The notes beneath the pieces are model-generated. The model was not told where the DNA came from and ran no database searches. It was given only the letters and a program-made list of their open reading frames with translations. Below, piece after piece: positions 18,667 through 29,082 of a stretch of DNA of 64,000 nt; positions within the stretch are counted from its first letter, which is position 1, and each line of letters starts with the position of its first letter. A program made the position numbers and the translations under genes. This DNA comes from an uncultured Bacillota bacterium (GTDB lineage: Bacteria > Sysuimicrobiota > Sysuimicrobiia > Sysuimicrobiales > Segetimicrobiaceae). Where the stretch lies: NCBI GenBank assembly GCA_963804645.1, contig CAWDRG010000009.1:384001-448000 (forward strand), given 5' to 3'.

Positions 18667-19590
18667 ATGCTGAAATACGTTCAACGCCGCGTGCTGCTCG
18701 CGGTTCCAACGATCGTGCTGACGTCGATCGTCGTCTTCCTGATGCTCTTTCTCATCCCGGGTGACCCGGCGTCCATCTACATCGGCGAGCAGACGGCGAC
18801 CCCGGAGCGGCTCGCGCAGATCCGGCACGTGATGGGGCTCGACCGCCCGATCTACGTCCAGTACGCCGACTTCGCGTGGCACGCGCTCCACGGCGACCTG
18901 GGCCGGTCGCTCGAAACGGACCGTCCCGTGAGCGCCGAGATCATGACGCGGTTTCCGAACACGCTCGAGCTCGCGCTCTCGGCGATGACGATCGCGGTGC
19001 TGCTCGGCTTCGGCCTTGGGGTGATCTCCGCGCTCCGGCGGAGCAGCCTCGTCGATACGCTGTCGATGATGGTCGCCCTGTTCGGCGTGTCCGTGCCGGT
19101 GTTCTGGCTGGCGCTCCTGCTCATCATGCTGTTCTCGCTGCGTCTGGGCTGGCTCCCGGCGACGAGCGAGCCGGGGTTGCGAGGTCTGATTCTCCCGACG
19201 GTGTCGCTCGCGCTGCTCTCCGCGGCAACGTTCGCCCGCCTGATGCGCTCGAGCATGCTCGAGGTGCTGCGCCTGGACTACCTCACGACGGCGCGCGCCA
19301 AGGGCTTGCGCGGCATGGTCGTCGTGTTTCGCCACGCGCTCCCGAACGCCGTCATCCCCGTGATCACCGCCATGGGGCTGCAGTTCGGCGGCCTGCTGAG
19401 CGGCGCCGTCCTCACCGAGACGATCTTCGCCCGGCCCGGTCTGGGCAAGCTCGTTGTCGACTCGATCCAGGACAAGGACCTCCCCACCGTCCAGGGCGTC
19501 GTCTTGGTGCTCGCGGTGATCTACGTCGTGACGAATTTGCTCGTGGATCTGTCGTACGCATTCATCGATCCGCGGATCCGGTTCGAATGA
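18667..19590 (+). CDS. Peptide/nickel ABC transporter permease (DppB/OppB type)
   Basis: IPGDPA, GDLGRS, TARAKGL EAA loop, DLSYAFIDPRIR. Confidence 0.93.
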   Translation: MLKYVQRRVLLAVPTIVLTSIVVFLMLFLIPGDPASIYIGEQTATPERLAQIRHVMGLDRPIYVQYADFAWHALHGDLGRSLETDRPVSAEIMTRFPNTLELALSAMTIAVLLGFGLGVISALRRSSLVDTLSMMVALFGVSVPVFWLALLLIMLFSLRLGWLPATSEPGLRGLILPTVSLALLSAATFARLMRSSMLEVLRLDYLTTARAKGLRGMVVVFRHALPNAVIPVITAMGLQFGGLLSGAVLTETIFARPGLGKLVVDSIQDKDLPTVQGVVLVLAVIYVVTNLLVDLSYAFIDPRIRFE

Positions 19591-20462
19591 GCGCCCCCGC
19601 GCCGACGGTCGTGCCGCGCCCACGCGGGCTGTGGAGCGAAGCGCTCGGCCGGATTTTACAGAACAAGGGGGCGACGATCGGGGGGATCGTATTTCTGCTG
19701 ATCGTGGCCGCCGCGATCGCCGCCCCGCGCCTGGCTCCCGACAACCCGATCCGGCTCGACGTCTCCGCGTCGCTGACGCCGCCGGGTCCGCAGCACTGGC
19801 TCGGGACCGACCAGTTCGGCCGGGATATCCTCAGCCGGATCATCTACGGGGCGCGCGTGTCGGTGGCCATGGGGTTCGCCGCGGTGGCGATCTCCGTCGC
19901 GGGCGGCTCCGTGCTGGGACTGCTCTCGGGCTACTACCGCGGCGGGGTCGACATGACCATCTCTCGCGTGGTGGACGTCATGCTGGCGTTCCCCGGCATC
20001 CTGCTCGCGCTTGTCATCATCGCGGTGCTCGGCCCCAACCTGAGCAGCGCGATGATCGCGGTCGGGGTGTCCGGCATGCCGGTGTTTATCCGAGTGGTGC
20101 GGGCGGCGACGCTGTCCGTGCGCGAGTTTCAGTACGTGGAGGCGGCCCGAGTCGCCGGGTGCGGCGACCTGCGCATCGTCTTTCGGCACGTCCTGCCCAA
20201 TGTGTCCGCCCCGATCATCGTCCTCGTCACGCTCGGCATCCCGGGCGCCATCATCGCGGGCGCCGCGCTCAGCTTTCTCGGCCTCGGGATCCGGCCGCCG
20301 ACGCCGGACTGGGGTGCGATGCTGAACGACGGCCGGTCGTTCATGAGCACGGCGTGGTGGCTGTCGACGTTTCCCGGCGTGGCGATCGTCGTCATGGTCA
20401 TGGCGATCAACCTGTTCGGGGATGGGCTGCGGGACGCACTCGACCCTCGGCTGCGGCTGTAG
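19587..20462 (+). CDS. Peptide/nickel ABC transporter permease (DppC/OppC type)
   Basis: HWLGTDQFGRD, YVEAARVAG, LSFLGLG, GDGLRDALDP; ATGA overlap. Confidence 0.93.
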   Translation: MSAPAPTVVPRPRGLWSEALGRILQNKGATIGGIVFLLIVAAAIAAPRLAPDNPIRLDVSASLTPPGPQHWLGTDQFGRDILSRIIYGARVSVAMGFAAVAISVAGGSVLGLLSGYYRGGVDMTISRVVDVMLAFPGILLALVIIAVLGPNLSSAMIAVGVSGMPVFIRVVRAATLSVREFQYVEAARVAGCGDLRIVFRHVLPNVSAPIIVLVTLGIPGAIIAGAALSFLGLGIRPPTPDWGAMLNDGRSFMSTAWWLSTFPGVAIVVMVMAINLFGDGLRDALDPRLRL

Positions 20463-20489
20463 CCGCGGAGCGGCGAGCCCGGCGGCGCC

Positions 20490-20518
20490 TTGACGGTCAC
20501 CGGCCACCGCCATATGCT
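20490..20518 (+). promoter_or_regulatory. Putative sigma70 promoter for lhr
   Basis: TTGACG-17 nt-TATGCT. Confidence 0.6.
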
Positions 20519-20613
20519 AGGAAAGTAGCCCGTTGGTGCTTGCTCCCGTGCGCGCCCCTGACCGGGGCCCGGACGGCCGCGCACCGGACGGGAGCGACGT
20601 CCACCCTGAGCCG

Positions 20614-23600
20614 ATGAGCCTGGACCTCTTTCACCCCCTGGTCGCCCGCTGGTTTTCTCAGCGGTTCGACGCGCCTACCCCCGCGCAGGACGCGGGCTGG
20701 AAGGCCATTGCGCGCGGCCGCGACACCCTGATCGCGGCGCCCACGGGCTCCGGCAAGACGCTCGCCGCGTTCCTGTGGTCGGTGAACGCGCTCGTGCGCG
20801 ACGGCGGCGCCCGGGGCCTGCGCGACGAGACCTCGGTGGTGTACATCTCCCCGCTCAAGGCGCTCGGCAACGACATCCAGCGCAACCTGGTCGAGCCGCT
20901 CGCGGAGATCCGCCGGATCGCGGACGCCGACGGCACGGCGCTCCCGGAGATCCGCGTCGCCGTGCGCTCGGGCGACACGCCCGCCCGGGAGCGGGCACAG
21001 ATGCTCAAGCGGCCGCCCCACATCCTGATCACGACGCCGGAATCGCTGTACCTGCTGCTCACCGCCGAGCGGAGCCGCGAGTTCCTGCGCACCGCGCGGA
21101 CGGTAATCGTCGATGAGATCCACGCGGTGGCCGGGGACAAGCGCGGCAGCCATCTCGCGCTCTCGCTGGAGCGGCTGGATCTGCTCACCGGGACGCGCTG
21201 CCAGCGCATCGGGCTCAGCGCGACCCAGAAGCCGATCGAGGCGATCGCGCGCCTCCTCGTCGGCGCCGGCGGCGAGGCGGGCGTCACGCGGGACTGTGCG
21301 ATCGTCGACACCGGACACCGCCGCCCCTGGGAGCTGCGGGTGGAGGTGCCCGGGCCTCCGCGCGGGCCGATCGCCACGCACGAGATGTGGGAGGCGATCT
21401 ACGACCGCGTGGCGGCGCTCGTCCGCGCCCACCGCACGACGCTCGTGTTCGTCAACACGCGCCGGCTCGCCGAGCGCGTGGCGCACCATTTGACCCAGCG
21501 GCTCGGGGAGGGACGCGTCGGCACGCACCACGGCAGCCTGTCGCGCCGGATCCGCCTCAGCACCGAGCAGCGCCTGCGCGCCGGCGACGTCCCGGTCGTG
21601 GTGGCGACGGCCTCGCTCGAGCTGGGCATCGACATCGGCCACGTCGATCTGGTCTGCCACCTCGGCGCGCCCCGCGCGATCGCGACCCTGCTCCAGCGCG
21701 TGGGGCGCTCGGGCCACGGCGTCGGCGCGGTCTCCAACGGGATCCTGTTCCCGCTGACGCGCGACGAGCTGCTCCAGTGCGCCGCCGCGGTCCGGGCGGC
21801 ACGGGCCGGCGATCTCGACGGGGTCGTCGTCCCCGAGAAGCCCCTCGACATCCTCGCGCAGCAGATCGCCGCCACGGTCGCGACGCAGGAATCCTCGGAA
21901 GATGCGCTGTGGGATCTCGTCCGCCGGGCATCTCCGTACCACACGCTCACGCGGCGCGAGTTCGACGAGGTGGTGCGCGTGCTCGCGGACGGCGTCGCGC
22001 GCCGGCTCGGGAGGACCTCCGCCCTCGTCCACCGCGACGGCGTCCACCGGGTGCTCCGGCCGCGCCGCGGCACCAGGCTCGCCGCGATCACCTCGGGCGG
22101 GGCGATCCCCGACACCGCGGACTACGACGTGGTGCTGGAGCCCGACGGCACCGTCGTCGGCAGCGTCAACGAGGACTTCGCGATCGAAAGCATGGCCGGC
22201 GAGATCTTCCTGCTCGGCAACACGTCGTGGCGGATCCGCCGCATCGAAGCCGGCCGCGTCCGCGTGGTCGACGCCCACGGCGCGCCGCCATCGGTCCCGT
22301 TCTGGCTCGGGGAAGCGCCGGCCCGCACGCCGGAGCTGTCGTCCGCGGTCTCCACGCTGCGCCGCGAGATCGCCGAGCGTCTCGGCGACCGCGCCGGAGC
22401 CGAGGCGTGGCTCGTCTCCGAAACCGGCGTGGATCCGGACGGCGCGGCACAGGCCGCGGAGTACGTCGGCGAGACCGTCGCCGCGCTCGGGTGCGTCCCG
22501 ACGCAGGACACGATCGTCGCCGAGCGGTTCTTCGATGAATCGGGCGGGATGCAGGTGGTGCTGCACACCCCGTTCGGGGCCCGCATCAACCGGGCGTGGG
22601 GCCTCGCGCTCCGAAAGCGCTTCTGCCAGACGTTCGACTTCGAGCTCCAGGCCGCCGCGACGGACGACGGCATCGTCCTGTCGCTCAGCCAGCAGCACAG
22701 CTTTCCACTCGACAGCCTCTTCGGGTTCGTGCGCACCCGGACGGCGGAGGGGGATCTGATCCAGGCGATGCTGGCCACGCCGCTGTTCCCCACCCGCTGG
22801 CGGTGGAACGCGACCCGGTCGCTCGCGCTGCTGCGGCACTCCGGCGGACGCCGGGTGCCGATGCCGATCCAGCGCATGCGCGCCGAGGATCTGCTCGGCG
22901 CCGTATTTCCGGAGCAGGTCGGGTGCCAGGACAACCACATGGGCCCGATCGAGCCGCCCGACCATCCGCTGGTGACGGAGACGATCCGCAACTGCCTCCA
23001 CGAGGCGATGGATCTCGACGGCCTCCGGACCGTGCTGGGAGCGCTGGAGGCGGGACGGCTTCGTGCCGTCGCGGTCGAGACCCCCACGCCCTCGGCGATG
23101 TCGCAGGAGATCCTCAACGCCAACCCCTACGCGTTCCTGGACGACGCGCCGCTCGAGGAGCGCCGGGCGCGGGCGGTGTCGCTGCGGCGGACCGATCCCG
23201 ATCTCGCCCGCGGCGTCGGGGCGCTCGACGCGGCCGCGATCGATGACGTCGCCGCCCAGGCGTGGCCGGACGTGCGGAACGCCGATGAGCTGCACGATCA
23301 CCTGCTCACGCTTGGCCTCCTGCCGGTGGACGACGCGGCGTCCTGCGGCGGGCCGGCGTTCGCCGACGAACTCATCGCGGGGGGCCGCGCCGCCGTCGCG
23401 TCATGGGACGAACCCGCCGGGCGCCGGCGCCGTGCGTACGCGGCGGCCGAACGGGCCGCCCTCGTCGCGGAGGCGGTGCCCGACGCGCGGTTCGAGCCGC
23501 AACCGGCCGCGGGAGACCGCGCCCCGGTGGAGATCGGCCACAGCGATGCCGTGCGCGAGATCGTGCACGGATGGGTGCAGTGCCTCGGACCGACGACGTC

Positions 23601-24927
23601 GGCGGATCTGGCCGAGCGGGTCGGCCTCCGGGCGCCCGACGTCGAGGCGGCGCTCGCCGTCCTCGAAGGCGCGGGCGCGGTGCTGCGCGGACGCTTTACC
23701 CCCGGCGCCGCCGGCGAGGAGTGGTGCGAGCGGCGCCTCCTGGCGCGCATTCACCGGCTGACGCTCGGGCGACTGCGCCGCGAGATCGAACCCGTCGAAC
23801 CGGCGACGCTGATGCGGTTCCTGCTGCGCTGGCAGCACGTGACCCCGGGCATGCGGCTCCACGGGCGCGAGGGGATCGCCGCGGTCGTCGCGATGCTCCA
23901 GGGCGTCGAGGTGGCGGGCCCGGCGTGGGAGGAGCAGGTGTTCCCCGCGCGGATCCGCCAGTACGATCCCGCTGATCTCGACGCCCTCTGCCTCGCCGGC
24001 ACGGTCACCTGGGGGCGGCTCACGCCGGGTCCGTCACCGCTCGAGCCGGACGCGGACGGCGCCGCGCCCCGCGCGGGACGCAGGAGGCCCGGGGTATCGC
24101 GGGCGGTCCCGATCGCGTTCGTCCTGCGGGACGATCTGCCCGCGTTTCTCGAGCGCACGACGGGGGCTTCCGAACCCGCCGGACTGAGCCACGCCGCCCT
24201 CGACGTCGCGCGGCATCTCGCCGACCGCGGCGCGTCGTTTCTCCCGGACATCGCGCGCGCCGTACGCCGCCTCCCCGCCGAAGTGGAGGCGGCGCTGTGG
24301 GAGCTCGTCGCCTGCGGGACCGTCACGGGCGACGGGTTCGCCGGGCTGCGCCGGCTCATGCAGGGCACCCCAAGAACGCGGCGCCACCACCGGCGGGCAC
24401 TAGCGCTCGTCGGCGCGCACACGGCGGGGCGGTCGCTGCCGGCGGGGCGGTGGGCCACCTGGCATGCCGGAGCGGACCTGATGGATCCGGACGCGCGGCT
24501 CGACGTCTGGGCGCGGCAGCTGCTAAAACGGTACGGGATCGTGTTCCGCGACCTGCTCGCGCGCGAGCGCGGAGCGCCCGCGTGGCGGCTGCTACTCGAG
24601 TGCTACCGCCGGTGGGAAGCGCAGGGCACGATCCGCGGCGGGCGCTTTGTCCGCGGCTTCACCGGAGAGCAGTTCGCGCTCCCGGAGGCGGTCGAGGCGC
24701 TGCGCGCGGTGCGCCGTGCTCCCGACGAGACCGAAGACGTCGTCATCTCGTCCGCGGATCCGCTCAACCTAATCGGGGTGATCCTGCCCGGGACGCGCGT
24801 CGGATCGACGTCCGGGCTCGCGATCGCCCTGCGCAACGGCGTCCCCACGGACGTCGCGCCGCTCGGCGCGCTGCTGGCGCGGCTCCGTCGCGCCGCGGCC
24901 GACCGCGTGCCCGCCGCGCGGCCGTAA
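20614..24927 (+). CDS. lhr: Lhr-type large DEAH-box helicase with C-terminal winged-helix/glycosylase-like region
   Basis: APTGSGKT, SPLKAL, TTPES, DEIH, LSAT, SLELGID, QRVGRSGH, PFWLGE; C-terminal RGGRFVRGFTGEQFALP. Confidence 0.9.
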   Translation: MSLDLFHPLVARWFSQRFDAPTPAQDAGWKAIARGRDTLIAAPTGSGKTLAAFLWSVNALVRDGGARGLRDETSVVYISPLKALGNDIQRNLVEPLAEIRRIADADGTALPEIRVAVRSGDTPARERAQMLKRPPHILITTPESLYLLLTAERSREFLRTARTVIVDEIHAVAGDKRGSHLALSLERLDLLTGTRCQRIGLSATQKPIEAIARLLVGAGGEAGVTRDCAIVDTGHRRPWELRVEVPGPPRGPIATHEMWEAIYDRVAALVRAHRTTLVFVNTRRLAERVAHHLTQRLGEGRVGTHHGSLSRRIRLSTEQRLRAGDVPVVVATASLELGIDIGHVDLVCHLGAPRAIATLLQRVGRSGHGVGAVSNGILFPLTRDELLQCAAAVRAARAGDLDGVVVPEKPLDILAQQIAATVATQESSEDALWDLVRRASPYHTLTRREFDEVVRVLADGVARRLGRTSALVHRDGVHRVLRPRRGTRLAAITSGGAIPDTADYDVVLEPDGTVVGSVNEDFAIESMAGEIFLLGNTSWRIRRIEAGRVRVVDAHGAPPSVPFWLGEAPARTPELSSAVSTLRREIAERLGDRAGAEAWLVSETGVDPDGAAQAAEYVGETVAALGCVPTQDTIVAERFFDESGGMQVVLHTPFGARINRAWGLALRKRFCQTFDFELQAAATDDGIVLSLSQQHSFPLDSLFGFVRTRTAEGDLIQAMLATPLFPTRWRWNATRSLALLRHSGGRRVPMPIQRMRAEDLLGAVFPEQVGCQDNHMGPIEPPDHPLVTETIRNCLHEAMDLDGLRTVLGALEAGRLRAVAVETPTPSAMSQEILNANPYAFLDDAPLEERRARAVSLRRTDPDLARGVGALDAAAIDDVAAQAWPDVRNADELHDHLLTLGLLPVDDAASCGGPAFADELIAGGRAAVASWDEPAGRRRRAYAAAERAALVAEAVPDARFEPQPAAGDRAPVEIGHSDAVREIVHGWVQCLGPTTSADLAERVGLRAPDVEAALAVLEGAGAVLRGRFTPGAAGEEWCERRLLARIHRLTLGRLRREIEPVEPATLMRFLLRWQHVTPGMRLHGREGIAAVVAMLQGVEVAGPAWEEQVFPARIRQYDPADLDALCLAGTVTWGRLTPGPSPLEPDADGAAPRAGRRRPGVSRAVPIAFVLRDDLPAFLERTTGASEPAGLSHAALDVARHLADRGASFLPDIARAVRRLPAEVEAALWELVACGTVTGDGFAGLRRLMQGTPRTRRHHRRALALVGAHTAGRSLPAGRWATWHAGADLMDPDARLDVWARQLLKRYGIVFRDLLARERGAPAWRLLLECYRRWEAQGTIRGGRFVRGFTGEQFALPEAVEALRAVRRAPDETEDVVISSADPLNLIGVILPGTRVGSTSGLAIALRNGVPTDVAPLGALLARLRRAAADRVPAARP

Positions 24928-24929
24928 GG

Positions 24930-25730
24930 ATGCCCAGCCTGTTCCTGTCCGGCATCCGGCGGATCCCTCCGTCCCCAGATCGGGAGGAGTTCCCGTGGTC
25001 GGTGCCGCTGTTCCGGGACCTCGCCGCGCTCGAGTTCCAGTCCCCGGTCACGTTCCTCGTCGGCGAGAACGGGTCCGGCAAGTCGACGCTGCTGGAAGCG
25101 CTGGCCGTCGGCATGCATGCCGTGGCCGTGGGGCGCGCCGGCCTCGACCGCGACGAGACGCTCGCGGGCGCGCGCGCACTTGCGGGCGCGTTTCGGTTCG
25201 TGCGCCGGCGCCACCCGGCGGCGCGTCTGTTCCTCCGGGCCGAGGACGTCTTCGGCTGTACCCGCCGGATAGCCGGAGAGATCGTGGAGCTGCGCGCGAC
25301 GGAGGACGATCTCACGCGGGATCTGCCCGCCGCCTCCGCCGCACGGGCCGCCGGGGCCGTCGCCCGCGAGCGTCTCGCGCTCGAACGGCGCTACGGCGCC
25401 GATCCCGACGCGCGGTCGCACGGCGAAACGTTCCTCAGCCTGCTCGAGACGCGTCTTGCGCCGCGCGGCCTCTACTTCCTCGACGAGCCCGAAGCGCCGC
25501 TGTCGCCGGTGCGCGTGCTCGCCCTCATCGCGCTCCTCAAAGACCGCGTGGCGCAGGACTGCCAGTTCATCATCGCGACCCATTCACCGATCCTGATGGC
25601 GTGCCCCGACGCCGAGATCCTTGTCTTGGACGGCGCGCGGATCCGCCGCGTCCCGTACGACGATCTCGAGCACGTCCGGCTCACCCGCGAGTTCCTGAAC
25701 GATCCCGACGTGTTTCTGCGCCGCCTGTGA
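24930..25730 (+). CDS. AAA/ABC-like ATPase (predicted ATPase, COG3910 type)
   Basis: GENGSGKST, FLRAE, SHGE, LDEPEAPLSP, ATHSPIL. Confidence 0.88.
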   Translation: MPSLFLSGIRRIPPSPDREEFPWSVPLFRDLAALEFQSPVTFLVGENGSGKSTLLEALAVGMHAVAVGRAGLDRDETLAGARALAGAFRFVRRRHPAARLFLRAEDVFGCTRRIAGEIVELRATEDDLTRDLPAASAARAAGAVARERLALERRYGADPDARSHGETFLSLLETRLAPRGLYFLDEPEAPLSPVRVLALIALLKDRVAQDCQFIIATHSPILMACPDAEILVLDGARIRRVPYDDLEHVRLTREFLNDPDVFLRRL

Positions 25731-25821
25731 CCTCCGCCGGCGGCGCCCCACAGGAAACACGCCCGACGCACGGAACCCTCACGGACAGGCCGCGGGCGCG
25801 CGACACACGCAGGGGACGACC

Positions 25822-26805
25822 GTGCACACGACGTCCGTAGATCTGGCGGGGACACCGGCGGTCCGCTTGGAGCGCCTCACAAAAGTGTACGACGCGCCGG
25901 TCGGCTCCTCCGGCGCGCCCGAGATCGTCGCCGCCGACCACCTGGACCTGGACATCCCGGCGGGCGAGATCTTCGGCCTCGTCGGGCCGAACGGCGCCGG
26001 CAAGACGACCACGCTGAAGATGATCTGCGGCCTGTTGGTGCCGACGGCCGGCCGGATCGCGGTGCACGGCGTCGACGTCGAACGCGACCCGGAGACCGCC
26101 TGGAGCCTCATCGGCTATCTCGCCGATTTCTTCTCGCTGTACGACGATCTGACGGTGCGCGAGTACTTAGAGTACTTCGCCGCGGCGTACAAGCTGCCGG
26201 CGTCCGCGGTGCCGGGACGGGTGGCAGAGGTCATCGGGATCGTCGGGTTGGACGCCAAGCGCGACGCGATGATCGCGGGACTGTCGCGGGGGATGAAGCA
26301 GCGGGTGGCCATCGCCCGCGCCATCATCCATGACCCCGCCGTGCTGGTGCTGGACGAACCCGCGGTCGGGCTCGATCCCGCCGGGCGCATCGATTTCCGA
26401 AAGTTCGTCACGGCGTTCCGCGACCGCGGGAAGACGGTCATCATCACTTCGCATCTGCTCCGCGACCTCGAAGAGATCTGCACCGTGGTCGCCCTCATCC
26501 AGCAGGGACACGTGCTGCGGGTCGGACGCCTCGACGCGTTCCTGCGGGACGCCGCGGGCGTCCGCACGATGCGGATTCGGACCGCGTCCCCCACCTTCGC
26601 GCTCGCGGAATGGCTCGCGGCGCGCCGCGGCGTGTCGCGGGTCACGGCGGGCCTGGACGGCGCGCAGTTCTCGCTGACCGGCGGCGAGCTCGAGACCGCC
26701 GCGCTCGTCAAAGACCTGGTCCTGGCCGGCGCGGAGGTCTACGCCGTCGAGGAAGTCTCGGACAGCCTCGAGGCCGTGGTGACGCGCCTCTCGACGGCGC
26801 CGTGA
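25822..26805 (+). CDS. ABC-2 type exporter ATP-binding protein
   Basis: GPNGAGKTT, LSRGMKQR, LDEP, SH. Confidence 0.92.
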   Translation: MHTTSVDLAGTPAVRLERLTKVYDAPVGSSGAPEIVAADHLDLDIPAGEIFGLVGPNGAGKTTTLKMICGLLVPTAGRIAVHGVDVERDPETAWSLIGYLADFFSLYDDLTVREYLEYFAAAYKLPASAVPGRVAEVIGIVGLDAKRDAMIAGLSRGMKQRVAIARAIIHDPAVLVLDEPAVGLDPAGRIDFRKFVTAFRDRGKTVIITSHLLRDLEEICTVVALIQQGHVLRVGRLDAFLRDAAGVRTMRIRTASPTFALAEWLAARRGVSRVTAGLDGAQFSLTGGELETAALVKDLVLAGAEVYAVEEVSDSLEAVVTRLSTAP

Positions 26806-26810
26806 CGACC

Positions 26811-28328
26811 ATGAGCGTGCTCGACAACCCCGAGATCGCCCGCAACATCCGGTCGCAGCTGCGCTGGGACCGAATGTTCGCCGTGGCGACCGTCGCCGTC
26901 GTCATGTCGGTCGTCGTGGGCTCCGCGATGGCCCATTTCGGACTGCGGGCGGGCGTGGGATGGGGCGGCGAGTTCCTGCACGCCGTCCTGTACGTGCAGA
27001 CGCTCGTCCTGCTGCTGGCCGGCGGCCTCTCCGCGGCGCATGCGATCCAGCACGAGCGGGAGCGCAACACGTTCGATTTCCAGCGCACGACGCTGCTCAC
27101 GCCGCTCGAGCTGACGGCGGGCAAACTGTTCGGCGCACCGATCCTTTCCTACTACATCGCCCTGTGCTTGATGCCCGCGGCGATCGTCGGGGCGATCGTC
27201 AGCGGCGCGTCCCCGGCCTTCGTCGTCGCCGCCTACCTCGTCGTCGTACTGGGCACAATCGCGTTTCACGCCGCGATGCTCGTGGTGTCGCTGGTGGTGC
27301 GCCGCGACGTCGCCGCGACGATCGCGGTGCTCGTCATCGTGTTCTTCGGCAGGCTGCCCGGCGCATTCATGGCGGGCACCGTCTCTTCGCTGCTGTCCAT
27401 GGGCTCGCTCACGCCCTTCTTCGCCGGCACCCTCGTGGGGCAGACCAGCTGGGCAGTCGACACGGCGGGCGCGGCATTTCGCTTTTCGCCGTTCACGGGA
27501 CCGACGACGACGGACGTGCTGTTCGGCTGGCCGGTGCATCATTTCTTCGTCCTCGTCGTCCTCTACGTCACGTTCACGGCGTGGTGCCTGGTCGTGGTCT
27601 CGCGGAACATCAAGCGCGACCCCGCCGCGTACGAACTGCTGACGCCGCGCGAAGCCCTCGGGTTCACGGTCTACCTCAACGTCATCCTGGTCGGCTTCCT
27701 CCGGTGGTCCTCCACCGAGGCGCTGACGGCGGTGAGCGCGCTCGTGGGCGTCAACGTGGTCCTGTTCTTCTCGTGCGGCTTGGCGCTGCTGCGCGGCCGC
27801 GACTACGTCCGCCGGCTGAGCGCGCGCCCGGGCGCCGGGCTGCCGCCGGGATGGCCGGGACTGTATCTCGGCGCCGGCCTGCTCGTGACCGGGGTGCTGA
27901 TCGTGGCCGTGCTGTCCGCGCGCGGTGCGTGGACCGCCCCGTCGGACGCCGGGTTGGCGATCCTTCGCGTCGTGATCTGCGCCGCGTGGATCGCCCGCGA
28001 CCTCGCCTACCTCCAGTGGGTGTGCCTGCTGCAGCGCAGCCGCTCGGTCATGACCGGCCTGCTGTCGCTGACCGTGTTCTACGTGGGGACCGGCGTGATC
28101 CTAATGACTGATCGATTCGGGCAGCCGCACGGCTCCGCGCTCTTGGGCGCGCTGGTGCCCGGGGCCGTCCTGTTCACGGACCCGGGCACGTGGCGCGACG
28201 ACCTGTGGAGCTGGCTGCTCGTCTGCGTGCTGCAGCTGGCGTTGATCGCCGCGTTCGCGTTCCTCCAGACGCAGGCCCTCAAGCGCTTCGCGCCCGCGAC
28301 CGGCACGGCCCCGTCGGCCTCACCCTGA
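26811..28328 (+). CDS. Large multi-pass ABC exporter permease
   Basis: Many hydrophobic helices; ERERNTFDFQRTT...GKLFG motif typical of ABC-2 permeases; follows the ATPase gene. Confidence 0.75.
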   Translation: MSVLDNPEIARNIRSQLRWDRMFAVATVAVVMSVVVGSAMAHFGLRAGVGWGGEFLHAVLYVQTLVLLLAGGLSAAHAIQHERERNTFDFQRTTLLTPLELTAGKLFGAPILSYYIALCLMPAAIVGAIVSGASPAFVVAAYLVVVLGTIAFHAAMLVVSLVVRRDVAATIAVLVIVFFGRLPGAFMAGTVSSLLSMGSLTPFFAGTLVGQTSWAVDTAGAAFRFSPFTGPTTTDVLFGWPVHHFFVLVVLYVTFTAWCLVVVSRNIKRDPAAYELLTPREALGFTVYLNVILVGFLRWSSTEALTAVSALVGVNVVLFFSCGLALLRGRDYVRRLSARPGAGLPPGWPGLYLGAGLLVTGVLIVAVLSARGAWTAPSDAGLAILRVVICAAWIARDLAYLQWVCLLQRSRSVMTGLLSLTVFYVGTGVILMTDRFGQPHGSALLGALVPGAVLFTDPGTWRDDLWSWLLVCVLQLALIAAFAFLQTQALKRFAPATGTAPSASP

Positions 28329-28492
28329 TCGGCGCCCGTCCCGCTCCTCCGGTCACCGGCCACATGGCGGAGCGGCGCGCGCCGCATCCCACGGCACGGG
28401 CGTGGTCGCAGGGAAGCGGCGCCGGCGGCGGCGAAGAGGCACGCCGGCGGGAACACGAGCCGCCGCTCCGGCCAGGCGCAGGGAGGACGATC

Positions 28493-29068
28493 GTGCCGCG
28501 AACCGACAACATCTACGAACTGCCGACGGACCTGCCGGTCCCCGTGGACGACGGGGCGTGCGCCCATCTCACGGGACTGGTGCTGCCGTCGATTCCGCTG
28601 CCGTCGACGGCGGGGCGCCTGGTCGACCTGGCGGCCCTGCGGGGCCGGACTATCGTCTACGCGTATCCCCGGACCGGCCGGCCCGATCGGGAGATCCCGA
28701 AGGGGTGGGACCAGATCCCCGGGGCGCGGGGATGCACCCCGGAGTCGTGCGGATTCCGCGACCTGCACGCGGCGTTTCGGGCACGCGGCGCGGCGGTGTA
28801 CGGCCTGAGCACGCAGTCGACCGAGTACCAGCGGGAAGCCGTGGCCCGGCTCCGTCTTCCGTTCGAGCTGCTGAGCGACGAGCGGCTCGCCTTGACGAAC
28901 GCGCTCAGGCTGCCGACGTTCGTGGTCGAGTCGATGATCCTGATCAAGCGGCTGACGCTGGCGGTGCGCGACGGCCGGATCGAGAAGGTCTTCTATCCCA
29001 TCTTCCCGCCCGACGCGCACGCGGCGGAGGTCGAGCGCTGGCTCACGGCCGCCGGCGCGGCATCCTAG
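28493..29068 (+). CDS. Peroxiredoxin (BCP/redoxin family)
   Basis: LPVPVDDGAC, YAYP, PGARGCTPESC, FYPIFPP; GGAGG RBS before GTG 28493. Confidence 0.88.
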   Translation: MPRTDNIYELPTDLPVPVDDGACAHLTGLVLPSIPLPSTAGRLVDLAALRGRTIVYAYPRTGRPDREIPKGWDQIPGARGCTPESCGFRDLHAAFRARGAAVYGLSTQSTEYQREAVARLRLPFELLSDERLALTNALRLPTFVVESMILIKRLTLAVRDGRIEKVFYPIFPPDAHAAEVERWLTAAGAAS

Positions 29069-29082
29069 ACGCGCGGCGCCCC

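Noticed and set aside
20497..23301. Very long antisense or alternate-frame ORFs (e.g. 934 aa here, 7609-10176, 8435-10591, 13207-15495, 57088-58851)
   Set aside because: Shadow ORFs expected at high GC; Arg/Pro/Ala-rich, motif-free and overlapping well-supported genes.
20614..25730. Lhr helicase plus ATPase as an anti-phage defence system
   Set aside because: Both are widespread housekeeping-type families; no nuclease, methylase or island context is visible.
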